Positions 15,761 through 25,037 of a stretch of DNA of 33,422 nt are shown piece by piece. Each line of letters starts with the position of its first letter. Position 1 is the stretch's first letter. The position numbers and the translations under genes were made by a program. A model generated the notes under the pieces. The model was given only the letters and a program-made list of their open reading frames with translations. It made no database searches and was not told where the DNA came from. This DNA comes from a virus: IMG/VR virus record IMGVR_UViG_3300038318_000399; one strand, written 5' to 3'.

Positions 15761-16771
15761 TTATGCGCTCACTCCGAACCATTTCAGCACCCTTTCCCGC
15801 TCCCAGTGCTGCCATTTGCCCCGATTGATACCGGCCTCTTTCAGGGCCTCGTTGTGACTCATACCCCCTAGCCTATACTGCTCATAGAGGGGGAGTTTTA
15901 CTTGGGCGGTTCTGTACATCTCTTTCGTCCTCGGGTGGAACCTCGCCCACTCTGGGTGGTCGGAGAGCCCCTCTTCGTAATCGTCCGAGGAGGGATCCCC
16001 GCCAGCCGCCTCGCCGCTCTGTGATCGGGCGGCAATGATCCTCTGAGTAGTCTCCTGCCGGATCTTGTCATACTGCTCTGCCAGGAACTTCGGCGGCTGG
16101 GCGATCACATGCTTGACGATCTTCTCTCCCGTGGTTGCGACCAGGTGGGGGTTGATCCGGAGACTGTCCAGCCGGAAGATAGTTTTTGCCTTAAACACCT
16201 TCATCGTAGAGAGACCCTTGCTGAAACTGGAACTATCCATCTCTGCCAGGTAGTTGCAGAGCATCCGGGGCACTTTGTCGAGGAGGAATTGATTTGGCAT
16301 CGAAAGAATCTGGATGGTCTGCGCCACCCGGTTGATCTGGAAAATATCGTTTTTGTCCCGGTTCTCTTTCGAGGCGAAGGCCCTACTATTCCACCCAACG
16401 CCGATATCATCGAAGATATAGATGTTGTAGGGTTTCGCATGGGAGATGATCGCAGATGCCCGCTCAGGGTCGATGATAGCGACATTTGCCATGCTGAAAT
16501 ACTTGGGCCATTCCCGCCAGTCCTCATCCCGGATCTCCGCTATTCTTCGGGCCGTGTTGTAGGCGATACGGAGCGAGGCATACGATTTCCCGGATCCCTT
16601 CTGGCCCTGGAGGACCATAGCGATATCCTGCTTGTAGGGGCCGGTGATGGTCGAGGCGAAGCGGTTGGCGAGATAATCGTTGTCAGGGGTGCAGTATTTG
16701 GGCGCCGGCAGTATCGGCACCGGGTAATTACTCTGTTGGGCACAGTCCAGTACTGAGATCACCTGCATCAC
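15761..16771 (-). CDS. P-loop ATPase, putative genome packaging/morphogenesis
   Basis: Walker A GQKGSGKS, Walker B YIFDD; embedded in virion module. Confidence 0.85.
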   Translation of the reverse strand: MMQVISVLDCAQQSNYPVPILPAPKYCTPDNDYLANRFASTITGPYKQDIAMVLQGQKGSGKSYASLRIAYNTARRIAEIRDEDWREWPKYFSMANVAIIDPERASAIISHAKPYNIYIFDDIGVGWNSRAFASKENRDKNDIFQINRVAQTIQILSMPNQFLLDKVPRMLCNYLAEMDSSSFSKGLSTMKVFKAKTIFRLDSLRINPHLVATTGEKIVKHVIAQPPKFLAEQYDKIRQETTQRIIAARSQSGEAAGGDPSSDDYEEGLSDHPEWARFHPRTKEMYRTAQVKLPLYEQYRLGGMSHNEALKEAGINRGKWQHWERERVLKWFGVSA

Positions 16772-17177
16772 CTCCGCCGTACTTGATCTCGTCCTCCTCC
16801 TCGTTCTCTTGCTTTCCGCAGACCCCGTACGTCATCTGCGTGATCAGCGGGATCGCTTCCCCGAGCCAGCCCCAGAGGTGTCCGAGCGCCAGGGTGTCGG
16901 CATCGAACCGGGCGAGGGCCTCGTCGTCGCGGGTGATGTTCTTGTACTCCTTGAGAGCTGCCTCGTAGTACCTGTCCCGATACTCCCAGAGAGACCGCTG
17001 AACCTCTTTATCCGCGACCATCGTGATCAGGCTCTTGGTGAGCATCGCCACACGGGGATCCCGGATATCGTGCGAGGTCTTGATGCACTCCGTTCGGGCT
17101 GCCCATTCCTGGAGGATGGCCTGCAGGTAGACATCGTTGATGCTCATCGGCGGGGCGCCGAGTCCTATCTTTGCCAT
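16728..17177 (-). CDS. Hypothetical protein (149 aa)
   Basis: MAKIGLG start; operonic. Confidence 0.7.
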   Translation of the reverse strand: MAKIGLGAPPMSINDVYLQAILQEWAARTECIKTSHDIRDPRVAMLTKSLITMVADKEVQRSLWEYRDRYYEAALKEYKNITRDDEALARFDADTLALGHLWGWLGEAIPLITQMTYGVCGKQENEEEDEIKYGGGDAGDLSTGLCPTE

Positions 17178-17536
17178 GAAATCACATCCTTTCGTGCAAG
17201 AATCCGCTGCCATCTCTCAAAGAGCTCAATGCCAGCCGCTGCCCGCCCCTTGGTGATGTTCTGGTTCTGGGGGTTGACCCACTCTCTGATGTCCTTGAGG
17301 AGCTGTGCGCTGTTTGCATCATCCTCATCAACGATCTCCTGGTAGGGAGAGGTCAGCGTGAAGAGTGCCGAGAAGCACTCATAAAATTCGAGAAAGGGTT
17401 GGGTGAGGGGTCCCCGGGGATCCATCAGATAGAGGCGGAGGTTGGTGCCCTGCCGGGCCGTGGCGATATATGCGGCGTCGATGACGGTCGCAATCGCGGG
17501 CCGCTCGTTCCTGGGTGTCGGGAGGGATTCTGCCAT
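17165..17536 (-). CDS. Hypothetical protein (123 aa)
   Basis: GTGAGG RBS; operonic. Confidence 0.7.
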   Translation of the reverse strand: MAESLPTPRNERPAIATVIDAAYIATARQGTNLRLYLMDPRGPLTQPFLEFYECFSALFTLTSPYQEIVDEDDANSAQLLKDIREWVNPQNQNITKGRAAAGIELFERWQRILARKDVISWQR

Positions 17537-17543
17537 GTGTGCC

Positions 17544-18362
17544 TCACTTGATGATGGTGTACGCCACCGCTCCGCCGATGATGATCATCAGTGCCGCGAA
17601 CGCCACCGTCAGGATCAGGCCGAACTTCTTGGCGAAGTCCTCCATCTGCTTTCTGACTTTGCGCTCGATGAGCAGGCCGTACTGATGGAGGTCCTGCGAG
17701 AGGTAGGCGGTCGGGATGTTCTTGAACGCATAGGCATAGGAGTACATCCCGCTCGACGGCACCTCCACCTCTGCGGTGCGGTCCTGGGCGTCGATGATGA
17801 GCGTCATGAGTGCGCGAGCGTCGTGAATGTCGAACTGCACGGCGGTTGTGGCAGTCATCTCGTAGAGGGACTCGCAGTATTCCTCCAGGTCGTTCCGGGG
17901 CGTGTCGAGGAGCGCCAGAACCTGATCGTCCGTCAGGAATTGCAGCTGCGGGAACTCCGTCCGGATCGTGTAGATCGCTGTCTGGAGAGACATGCAGTGC
18001 CGGCCGTCGAGGGCAAGCGGGGTGGTGGTGCCGTAGTGGTAGACCCGCAGCCCTTTTGCGAGCCGGTCGGGGGCGATCTGCCCGCTGAACTTCGGGTCTA
18101 CCTGGATACCGAACGACTGGCCTTTGACACTGAAGACCGGATCGCCCTTCTCGTCTTTCCCGCCTAAGATCAAGTCCGTCTCCCCTGTGCCGGGGACCGT
18201 GAGGGCCAAGACCGGGAGGTTCTTCTTCCTCGCCTGGGAGAGGATGCGCCATTCGGGGATCCACTTGTAGACTTCGGAGACGATCAGGCCGAGGCCGACA
18301 TAGCCGCCGGCTGCAATGAGTCCACCGGCGATGAGGGTCAGGTCGTCAATTACTATCGGCAT
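17544..18362 (-). CDS. Membrane protein with N- and C-terminal TM (272 aa)
   Basis: TM at both ends; precedes ATPase as in conserved clusters of enveloped archaeal viruses. Confidence 0.75.
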   Translation of the reverse strand: MPIVIDDLTLIAGGLIAAGGYVGLGLIVSEVYKWIPEWRILSQARKKNLPVLALTVPGTGETDLILGGKDEKGDPVFSVKGQSFGIQVDPKFSGQIAPDRLAKGLRVYHYGTTTPLALDGRHCMSLQTAIYTIRTEFPQLQFLTDDQVLALLDTPRNDLEEYCESLYEMTATTAVQFDIHDARALMTLIIDAQDRTAEVEVPSSGMYSYAYAFKNIPTAYLSQDLHQYGLLIERKVRKQMEDFAKKFGLILTVAFAALMIIIGGAVAYTIIK

Positions 18363-18940
18363 TAGTTGTCACCTCCGCCGAAGACCCGGCTGATGATGCC
18401 GAGCCCGCGCTTTGCTCGTTTCTGTTCTTCGTCATTGGTGATCTTCGATACGCTCTCATAGGTTGTTCTGTTCTGCAGGATCCGCTCTCTCTCTGTGCCG
18501 AGGGTGCGGCTGACGATGAAGCGGTTGAAGTGCGCCCGGATCAGCTCTATCAGGTGCGGGTATTCGGGGAGGTTGATATCGACCTTGTTACAGTTGAGTG
18601 CCAGGAGGTTGAGGGCGATATCGAGGTCAATCTCTGCGATCTCTGCGTCCCGCTGGTAGGAGAGAAGTGCCGTGTGTGAGAAGAAGTTGAGGATCGTCGA
18701 GATGAAGGCCCGTTTCGCCCCGGGGGAGAGGTGGCTGGCATTGATGCGCTCGATTAAGAAGGGGCGATAATCTGAAGAATAGAGGCTTTCGAGATAGTTG
18801 TAGTGCTCGGCTATGTACGGGACGGCCGGGCGGCCGGTGGGTGCTGCGGGGTGCTGCTGAGGGTCGGTGCCGTAATCGACCCCGCACTCTCCGCCCCAAT
18901 CGTTCTGGTCCGGGGAGTCGGGGGAGTCGTAACCATCCAT
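18362..18940 (-). CDS. Hypothetical protein (192 aa)
   Basis: CAGGAG RBS; C-terminal GLGIISRVFGGG resembles end of 31368-31778. Confidence 0.75.
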   Translation of the reverse strand: MDGYDSPDSPDQNDWGGECGVDYGTDPQQHPAAPTGRPAVPYIAEHYNYLESLYSSDYRPFLIERINASHLSPGAKRAFISTILNFFSHTALLSYQRDAEIAEIDLDIALNLLALNCNKVDINLPEYPHLIELIRAHFNRFIVSRTLGTERERILQNRTTYESVSKITNDEEQKRAKRGLGIISRVFGGGDN

Positions 18941-18986
18941 GAAATCTCCTGTGTAGTCATAGTGTTATGGAGGAATGGAAGGGGGA

Positions 18987-19403
18987 TTAGATCCCGCCTC
19001 CAGACCCGCTGTTACCTCGGACCCTCATGATGGCCCAGATGATCATCGAGAGGATCGAGACCATCACGGCGAGCATCAGGAGACCAGCGTTCTGTTCCCA
19101 GATGCCGACGCCCGTGGGAATGTCCGTGTTTTCGGTGGCGTTCCACTGTGAGCCCGGCGGGACGGTCGCTGCACTGTCGATGTTGGAACCGATCAGCGGT
19201 GCGAGCGAGAACACAGCAACGAGCACGATCAGCCCGATCGCCATCGTCACTGCGACGTCGATCATGGTGCTTCCGGACTCGTTCATGCGCCGGGAAAAGA
19301 GGTTCTTCTGCGTTTCCTCTGCCCACTGCTTCAGAGCGGTGCAGGTTTTGAGAGGTTTCTCAAGCAAAGTGTTTTTGATGACCTCCGATGGATGATATAT
19401 CAT
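18987..19403 (-). CDS. Putative major capsid protein precursor (spindle-virus-like two-helix hairpin)
   Basis: Hydrophilic N-extension, then two hydrophobic helices joined by loop with NAT sequon; own TATAAATA promoter; true start may be TTG at 19367. Confidence 0.6.
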   Translation of the reverse strand: MIYHPSEVIKNTLLEKPLKTCTALKQWAEETQKNLFSRRMNESGSTMIDVAVTMAIGLIVLVAVFSLAPLIGSNIDSAATVPPGSQWNATENTDIPTGVGIWEQNAGLLMLAVMVSILSMIIWAIMRVRGNSGSGGGI

Positions 19404-19425
19404 CCTTTCGATTATTTATAGGTTT
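19390..19425 (-). promoter_or_regulatory. Promoter with palindromic operator
   Basis: TATAAATA at 19420-19413; perfect palindrome GGATGATATATCATCC 19390-19405. Confidence 0.6.
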
Positions 19426-19458
19426 CCCGCCTAATGGGGGAGGGGGAGAGGGGGCCGG

Positions 19459-19713
19459 TCAAATCAACCGGCGGAGGATGATGAGACCGGCGATCAGCGC
19501 GATGATCACGAGCATCACCGGCAGATAGGAGATTAGGGAGATTGATGCACTTGATGCGTCTACAGTGGCGTTGTACTGATCCCCGTATGGGGAGTCCGTC
19601 ATGTTCGTCGCGCTGTCCGCAGCCCCGAGCGCACTGATGCCGTACGTGAGGCCGATAACCAGGGCGAAGACCACAAGGGCCGCCCCGAGGATGGTGTTGA
19701 GTCCAGATGCCAT
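19459..19713 (-). CDS. Two-helix hydrophobic protein, capsid candidate (84 aa)
   Basis: Two TM helices; loop sequons NMT and NAT; basic C-terminus. Confidence 0.75.
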   Translation of the reverse strand: MASGLNTILGAALVVFALVIGLTYGISALGAADSATNMTDSPYGDQYNATVDASSASISLISYLPVMLVIIALIAGLIILRRLI

Positions 19714-19714
19714 G

Positions 19715-20080
19715 TTATTCCAGCTCCTTCATGATTTCCAACCCGAGCGAGATGATAAGCGCCAGGGATACAATTGTCATGACCGCCGCGATCCCGGAGA
19801 GGAGGAGACCGAGCGCGGGGTCTACGGTGGTTGCGGTCAGGGTGCCGTACTCGATCGTGGTGATGTTCGTGGTGATGTTCTCTGCTGTAGTCAGCGCGAC
19901 CGTGGTGATGTCGCCTACATTACCGCCGAGGGTGACGAGGGCGAGATACCAGGAGAGGATCGCGGCCCCGACCGCCGAGAGGATGTCCATGAAGAGGCGG
20001 TTATCTGTCGCAAGGAAGGCGATTGCTATCAGAGCGGCGTCGAGCAGGAGCAGGGCGATGAAGAGGGATGTGGCTATCAC
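19715..20080 (-). CDS. 3-TM virion membrane protein candidate
   Basis: 121 aa; NIT sequons in Thr-rich loop. Confidence 0.75.
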   Translation of the reverse strand: MIATSLFIALLLLDAALIAIAFLATDNRLFMDILSAVGAAILSWYLALVTLGGNVGDITTVALTTAENITTNITTIEYGTLTATTVDPALGLLLSGIAAVMTIVSLALIISLGLEIMKELE

Positions 20081-20241
20081 CGTTCCACCCCGGTGAGCGT
20101 GAGCTCTATATCCATCCCCCGCGCCTGGAGGATCTGGTTGATCTCGGGGATTGCCCGGGAGACTTTGGTGTTCTTGATGTCGTAGATCCGTCCCTCCTCA
20201 TCGTAGAGTGTGAGGCGCCCGAAATAGAGTTTTGGCATCAT
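20077..20241 (-). CDS. Small hypothetical protein (54 aa)
   Basis: Hand translation MMPKLYFGRL...; fills gap with overlap. Confidence 0.6.
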   Translation of the reverse strand: MMPKLYFGRLTLYDEEGRIYDIKNTKVSRAIPEINQILQARGMDIELTLTGVER

Positions 20242-20250
20242 TTCTCGCTC

Positions 20251-20712
20251 CTAGTTCCTATCCTTGATGACTCCCCACACGACCGCCAGGATGCTGAGCG
20301 CAATGAACGCTATCGCGGCGAGGTGGTATTCTGCGGGGGTTTTCGCCAGCATAATCCCGCCCAGGATGATCCCGATCGCTGCCGGCACCGCCATGCTCCC
20401 CTGCCTCAACCACTGCATCAGGAAGGGGATGGCGAAGACGATGACGTAGAAGAATGGCCCGATCGCGTCGGTGTAGGGCCGCTCGGCGGCGTCTTTCATG
20501 CCGAGCCAGTCCACCCCTTCGGTGGTCTCGTTGAGTTGGTTGTTGCCGCCGAAGGCTTCGATGAGGGCCAGGTAGGGAGATTCATCGAGAGTGGGGATGG
20601 GGGCTGTGGCTTTGGGGCGGAATGATGCGTTCTCATCGTATGCAGATACTACACCGACGAGGAGGAGGCAGCCGATGAGGATCAAGATGATATGATGCCG
20701 CACGTCACTCAC
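20251..20712 (-). CDS. Membrane protein with signal peptide and 3 C-terminal TM
   Basis: IILILIGCLLLVGVVSA signal; sequons NAS, NET. Confidence 0.75.
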   Translation of the reverse strand: MSDVRHHIILILIGCLLLVGVVSAYDENASFRPKATAPIPTLDESPYLALIEAFGGNNQLNETTEGVDWLGMKDAAERPYTDAIGPFFYVIVFAIPFLMQWLRQGSMAVPAAIGIILGGIMLAKTPAEYHLAAIAFIALSILAVVWGVIKDRN

Positions 20713-21076
20713 TCCCCTTCAGGCCCCGCCCGGTGAAGAACTGCACCACGGCGGCGAGGTAAACAAACCAGATCGGGCCCTGGAACATCATGGCGACGAT
20801 CGGATCTATGCCGTAGCTGGTCAAGAGCGGGATGATTGTGAGGGCAGTTTTCAGTGCCTCAAAGAATACGCCGCCGAGGGTGAACAGCACAGTGATCGGG
20901 TAGAGGGGCGAGGCCCCGCCCGATGTGGCGCCGGCAGTGATTTCCATCACCTGGGACTCTCCTAGGGCTATGTCGCTGCCGGGGAGCGCAGTGGTGAAGA
21001 TGCCGAGCGCGTTGACGCCTCCGACGACGAAGCCGAAGGCGAAGAGGGCTAATGCGATGGTATAGGCTCTACTCAT
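20705..21076 (-). CDS. Membrane protein (123 aa)
   Basis: Hydrophobic throughout; operonic after spike. Confidence 0.75.
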   Translation of the reverse strand: MSRAYTIALALFAFGFVVGGVNALGIFTTALPGSDIALGESQVMEITAGATSGGASPLYPITVLFTLGGVFFEALKTALTIIPLLTSYGIDPIVAMMFQGPIWFVYLAAVVQFFTGRGLKGSE

Positions 21077-23688
21077 TGATATCCCTCCTCCCGGTATCGG
21101 GTGACGATGACACCCACCACCCCGAGGGTGCTGACGAGACCAAGTGAGACTGGAGCGATGAGGCCGAGATCGTCGAGCCAGCCGAAGGCGTAGAAGAGCC
21201 AGCCGGCGAGGGCGATCACGACCACGCCCCGGGTGGCGCTGGTCGCGCCGAAGATGCCGCCGAGGAGCATGAGGCCGAACCCGGCGACGTAGATATACAG
21301 GCCGTCCGGGAGCGGGCCGAGCGGGACCCTAACACCTTTGAACGCGGCGGCGTAGTCTCTGTGGACGGTGCCGAAGTCAGGGTGCTCGGCTTCGAGCCGG
21401 ACGAAGAACGATTGACCTTTGTAGACGGAGAGGTCGAAGGTGTGGGTGACGTTGGCGTCGTTCGCTACGGTGTGCGAGGCGATGACTTCTTCCGGTGCCG
21501 AGGAGTCGGTGGTGTTCTGCTGCGTGACCTGGATACTGAGGCCCGTGGTTTTGCGGGTGGTGTCGTTGTAGTCGATATGGATGTGGCCGGTGTCGGCTTC
21601 AGTGCTGGTGGTGACGTTGATGTGGATGTCTCGGAGAGCGTCCCCGGCGTCAGGGAGGAGGGGGCCGCCGGCAGTGGAGATAATGATCGGGTAGGTGTCT
21701 TCTTTGGGGTAGATTTCGAGGGTTTGGTTGACGACATCGGGTTTATAGAGCGTGATTTGGTATTTGACGACCTCCACCAGCATGAAGTTGATCTCCCCGT
21801 TGGTGTCGGTGGTGCCGCTCATGAGCTCGCTGTTGATCGGGGTCGAGGTCATGTTGATGCCGAGCAGCCGCTCGATGATGTTGGTGGAGGGGGTTTGCTG
21901 GATCCCCTGGGCGGTGACGTTGACGCCGGGGATGGGGGTGCCGAGGAGGGTTTGCACGGTGAATTTGACGTTGTGCGGGGGATAGTTGGGCATCTCCGGC
22001 GGGGTTGGTGTGGGGGCGATGGCTGTCATCAGGACGGTGGCGGTAGTGGTGCCGGGCTTGTCGAGGTACGCGGATTGCGTCTGGGGGTAGTAGCCGCCAG
22101 CGGCCGCGGTGATGGTGTAGGGGCCGTAGTCGACGTTGAACGTCGCGGGGTTCTGGGTGCTCTCCTGGCCGTCGCTGAGGGAGATTGTGGTGTTGTGGAG
22201 GGTCGTGAGGTCGTCGGCGTCCTTGGCGGAGACGGTGAGGAGGAAATGCCCTTTGAGTGCGAGGTTGTGTTGGGTGGCGGTGGCGTCCACAGTGACGGAC
22301 TCGCTGAGGGCGTCGTGGAGGGAGGCGGAGGCGGAGAGAGTAAGGGTGCCGGGCGTGACGTTGTTGAAGAGATAGAATCCTGTTGATGACGTGGTTGTGC
22401 TGCCGTAGCCGTCGAGAGAGATGGTGGCGCCGCTGATCGGCTGCTGGCTGCCCTGGGTCTGGATGTAGCCGTAGAGCATGGATTTTTCGGGCTCGGTGGG
22501 GACGTCGGGCGGGGCGTCGGGGGCCATCCAGAGGATGATGGTCGTGCCGCCCTCCGGGACGCCGAAGAGGATCGGGGAGAGGAGCGTGTATCCCGGTGCC
22601 GTGGCGGTGGCGTGGTACTTAAGGTAGTCCGCTTTTTCCAGGCTGTAGGTGCCGGTGCCGCCGGGGAGGGTGGCGTTGACGACCTCGGTTTCGGTCCCGC
22701 CGGCGGCCGCGAGGATTGAGAGGTGGGCGTCGGCGAGGAGGGCGCCGGTTTGGGAGTTTTGGACGTAGACGGTGGCGGGGGCGTTGTCGGGGAGGGTGCC
22801 GGAGTCTGAACCGTAAACAGTTGTATTGTACCAGCGACCCATTACAGGTGACCAGATATTGACGATGTAAGGTCTGTGGGATTGAGGGAGTGATAACGAT
22901 ATATCCTCAATGCCGGAGGTGTCCGAGTACGGTACGGTTTTACCCTCCCCGATAATGATTACCCGGCTCGGATAGTGGTCGTCGCCAACCGATCGCAGGA
23001 CAGATAGATGGTCGGTATCGACCATCGGCGTAGATTGAATCTGGTGCCGAAACTCTACTATCTCGTTATAGGTCTGATAGCCCCGATAACCTATGAATTT
23101 CTCTCCCCCTGTTCGGTCACCCAAACTGACCGCCGGCAATCCAGCCTCATTTTTGCTGTAACGCCCATTGAAATAATGTATGCCGTTAACATTTGTCCTA
23201 TTGTAGTTTAAGCTAATTTGTACAGCACCGGTTTTGCCCGTAAACACATCATTGTCCCAATTATCAATAGCCAGCCACACGTACGTATTTTGACCGTCCG
23301 GGTCGTACTGATATCCAATGTCCCCAGTCCCGACCGTGACACTGCCGTAAGTTAGTGTCACCGACGTACTAGCGCTGAAAATCGTTGGGTCGTCACGAAT
23401 AAACGTATTATGATATTCCGGGTCAACCCAATGTATTATCGCCGTGGGGGTCCCGATGGTCTCAATCTGTTTAATCGAAATCGTATAAAAGTAAGCAGAG
23501 CCCCCCGTGTAAGAAGTGGCGTCAATATACGTATTATCACTCAAAATCTCATGGTCGTCGATGTCTTTTATAAAAATATCAGATGCCGTGACGGTAGAGA
23601 CTGGTAACAGCAATATAATTGCTATCGCTGCGAGGATGAAACGGCTAGTCGATGCCGGCCGAGGGGATTTGGGGCGGTTCGCGGGCAC
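21073..23688 (-). CDS. Large membrane-anchored surface/spike (adhesin) protein
   Basis: 871 aa; signal peptide, low-GC N-terminal domain, repeated beta-sandwich (carboxypeptidase-regulatory/PEGA-like) segments, many N-x-S/T, 3 C-terminal TM. Confidence 0.8.
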   Translation of the reverse strand: MPANRPKSPRPASTSRFILAAIAIILLLPVSTVTASDIFIKDIDDHEILSDNTYIDATSYTGGSAYFYTISIKQIETIGTPTAIIHWVDPEYHNTFIRDDPTIFSASTSVTLTYGSVTVGTGDIGYQYDPDGQNTYVWLAIDNWDNDVFTGKTGAVQISLNYNRTNVNGIHYFNGRYSKNEAGLPAVSLGDRTGGEKFIGYRGYQTYNEIVEFRHQIQSTPMVDTDHLSVLRSVGDDHYPSRVIIIGEGKTVPYSDTSGIEDISLSLPQSHRPYIVNIWSPVMGRWYNTTVYGSDSGTLPDNAPATVYVQNSQTGALLADAHLSILAAAGGTETEVVNATLPGGTGTYSLEKADYLKYHATATAPGYTLLSPILFGVPEGGTTIILWMAPDAPPDVPTEPEKSMLYGYIQTQGSQQPISGATISLDGYGSTTTSSTGFYLFNNVTPGTLTLSASASLHDALSESVTVDATATQHNLALKGHFLLTVSAKDADDLTTLHNTTISLSDGQESTQNPATFNVDYGPYTITAAAGGYYPQTQSAYLDKPGTTTATVLMTAIAPTPTPPEMPNYPPHNVKFTVQTLLGTPIPGVNVTAQGIQQTPSTNIIERLLGINMTSTPINSELMSGTTDTNGEINFMLVEVVKYQITLYKPDVVNQTLEIYPKEDTYPIIISTAGGPLLPDAGDALRDIHINVTTSTEADTGHIHIDYNDTTRKTTGLSIQVTQQNTTDSSAPEEVIASHTVANDANVTHTFDLSVYKGQSFFVRLEAEHPDFGTVHRDYAAAFKGVRVPLGPLPDGLYIYVAGFGLMLLGGIFGATSATRGVVVIALAGWLFYAFGWLDDLGLIAPVSLGLVSTLGVVGVIVTRYREEGYQ

Positions 23689-23700
23689 GCTAGCGCCTCC
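23624..23700. repeat. 77-bp exact direct repeat, copy 2
   Basis: Identical to 1-77. Confidence 0.97.
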
Positions 23701-24055
23701 GGGCGATCACGAGCAGGCAGAAAAGAAGCAAGCCGACTATGATCGCGTTTTGGGTGAGCCAGGCGATGATGGCATCGAGCAGCGATACGGGATCCTGATT
23801 GGTCGCGGACGGCTGGAGCTGCACGGTGTAAAACGCCGATTCGGATGAGTTGAGCTCCACGCTGGATGTGGTGTTCGCGGTCGCGATGAGGGCGCCGGCG
23901 TCGTCGAACAGTTTGATGTCCTGTTGCATCAGCCCGAGGGACTGAAAGTTTACGGTGATATCAGCAGCAGAAACGCCGGCACAGCAGATACAGCAGAAGA
24001 GGAGCAGCACCGCGACGAGCCGGGATGCAGGGTTATTGGGGGGGGTCCACCTCAT
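23690..24055 (-). CDS. Secreted, C-terminally anchored protein (121 aa)
   Basis: Signal peptide, NTT/NSS sequons, C-terminal TM plus RRR. Confidence 0.75.
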   Translation of the reverse strand: MRWTPPNNPASRLVAVLLLFCCICCAGVSAADITVNFQSLGLMQQDIKLFDDAGALIATANTTSSVELNSSESAFYTVQLQPSATNQDPVSLLDAIIAWLTQNAIIVGLLLFCLLVIARRR

Positions 24056-24099
24056 GGTTACTCCAGAGGTGAACCCCGAGGATGTCAAGAAGCCGGGGC

Positions 24100-24270
24100 T
24101 TACATGCGCCCGATCATTGCGACGATCTTGTCGAAGAATCCCGCGATGAACGAGATCAGGATGACCACGATGATTACGGGGAGGATGCCGACCACGAAGT
24201 CTACCAGGGCCGGCATAACGCCGACGATGCCCTGCAGCACTTCAGTGATGGGAGTAAGATTGATTGTCAC
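24100..24270 (-). CDS. 56-aa very hydrophobic coat-like protein
   Basis: GAGGTGA RBS, GTG start, MTINLTPITEVLQGIVGVMPALVDFVVGILPVIIVVILISFIAGFFDKIVAMIGRM; first gene after AT-rich promoter; missed by ORF track. Confidence 0.8.
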   Translation of the reverse strand: MTINLTPITEVLQGIVGVMPALVDFVVGILPVIIVVILISFIAGFFDKIVAMIGRM

Positions 24271-24380
24271 GGTGGTTCACCTCGTTAAAACTAGGTAGGA
24301 GTTACCTTATAGTATAAGTTTCTATTACTGGATAGTCACTGGAGGATAATTTTATACTCTGTACTGACAAAGTATAGATT

Positions 24381-24611
24381 ATGGCAAAGGTTGTGCGGCT
24401 TTCGAACGAAATCGAAGAGGTCCACTTCACGAAAGAGAATGCTCTGGCCTACCGGAGGGTGCTTGGGGTTGAGAAGAAAGACCGGGTTGATACCCATGTG
24501 TTGATCGAGAGAGAGATACTCGAGCCGTTCAAGGGGATGTCTCGGGGGGCACTCTCGGACGCGGTAAACATTGGACTCAATATAGTGATGGTGCAGCGCG
24601 GGATGTTGTGA
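24381..24611 (+). CDS. Putative transcriptional regulator, divergent from coat gene
   Basis: 76 aa; divergent AT-rich promoter region 24290-24380. Confidence 0.55.
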   Translation: MAKVVRLSNEIEEVHFTKENALAYRRVLGVEKKDRVDTHVLIEREILEPFKGMSRGALSDAVNIGLNIVMVQRGML

Positions 24612-24710
24612 TCGGCCTATCACTTTTTCCCGGTTATGATAGTTGCTGTTTTGAGAGGCCTTTGATAGTGGCCCGGGGTTATAAAGGGAGATAAAGAAAA
24701 GGGGGTCGGG

Positions 24711-24839
24711 CTATCGGAAAGGGGTTAGCCATATACCCCAAGTGCCTAAGTCGTGCTGCGCTCCCGGCCACGGTTGCCCGCTCAGGTTGTTAAGGTAGTT
24801 GCATACGTGTATGTGGTCGCAATAATCACAGGCTGCCAT
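24711..24839 (-). CDS. Terminal cassette protein (42 aa)
   Basis: MAACDYCDHIHVC...; follows junction motif, T-rich tract downstream. Confidence 0.5.
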   Translation of the reverse strand: MAACDYCDHIHVCNYLNNLSGQPWPGAQHDLGTWGIWLTPFR

Positions 24840-24841
24840 CT

Positions 24842-25033
24842 CTATCGCTCCTCTACCATTTCCGCCCGCAGAAGTTCCAGGGATGCAAACGCTTTCCCGA
24901 GCGTGGCGCGAGCCAAGTAGAACCCATCATCACAGTCATGATCCTCCAGGCGGTCGATCAGCGGTGCGACCAGATGGAGTCCCGCCTCGATGTTCTCGTA
25001 GAGCCGGGCCTTGTTTGCGGTTACGTTTTCCAT
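24842..25033 (-). CDS. Cassette protein (63 aa)
   Basis: AGGTGA RBS; ends MVEER in motif. Confidence 0.7.
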   Translation of the reverse strand: MENVTANKARLYENIEAGLHLVAPLIDRLEDHDCDDGFYLARATLGKAFASLELLRAEMVEER

Positions 25034-25037
25034 GTTG

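Larger units (their letters stand above)
1..23623. mobile_element. Element A: putative temperate archaeal virus (spindle-shaped-like/enveloped), closable as a 23,623-bp circle via the 77-bp repeat
   Basis: Integrase, candidate attP, early small-gene operon, hydrophobic virion-like genes, ATPase; bounded by exact repeat 1-77/23624-23700; no host genes. Confidence 0.65.

Noticed and set aside
21073-23688. Diversity-generating retroelement acting on the spike
   Set aside because: No reverse transcriptase and no template/variable repeat pair with adenine-specific mismatches seen
12767-24270. Conjugative T4SS or Caudoviricetes morphogenesis cluster
   Set aside because: ATPases are about 320-340 aa, too short for VirB4/VirD4; no terminase, portal, HK97 capsid or tail genes recognised
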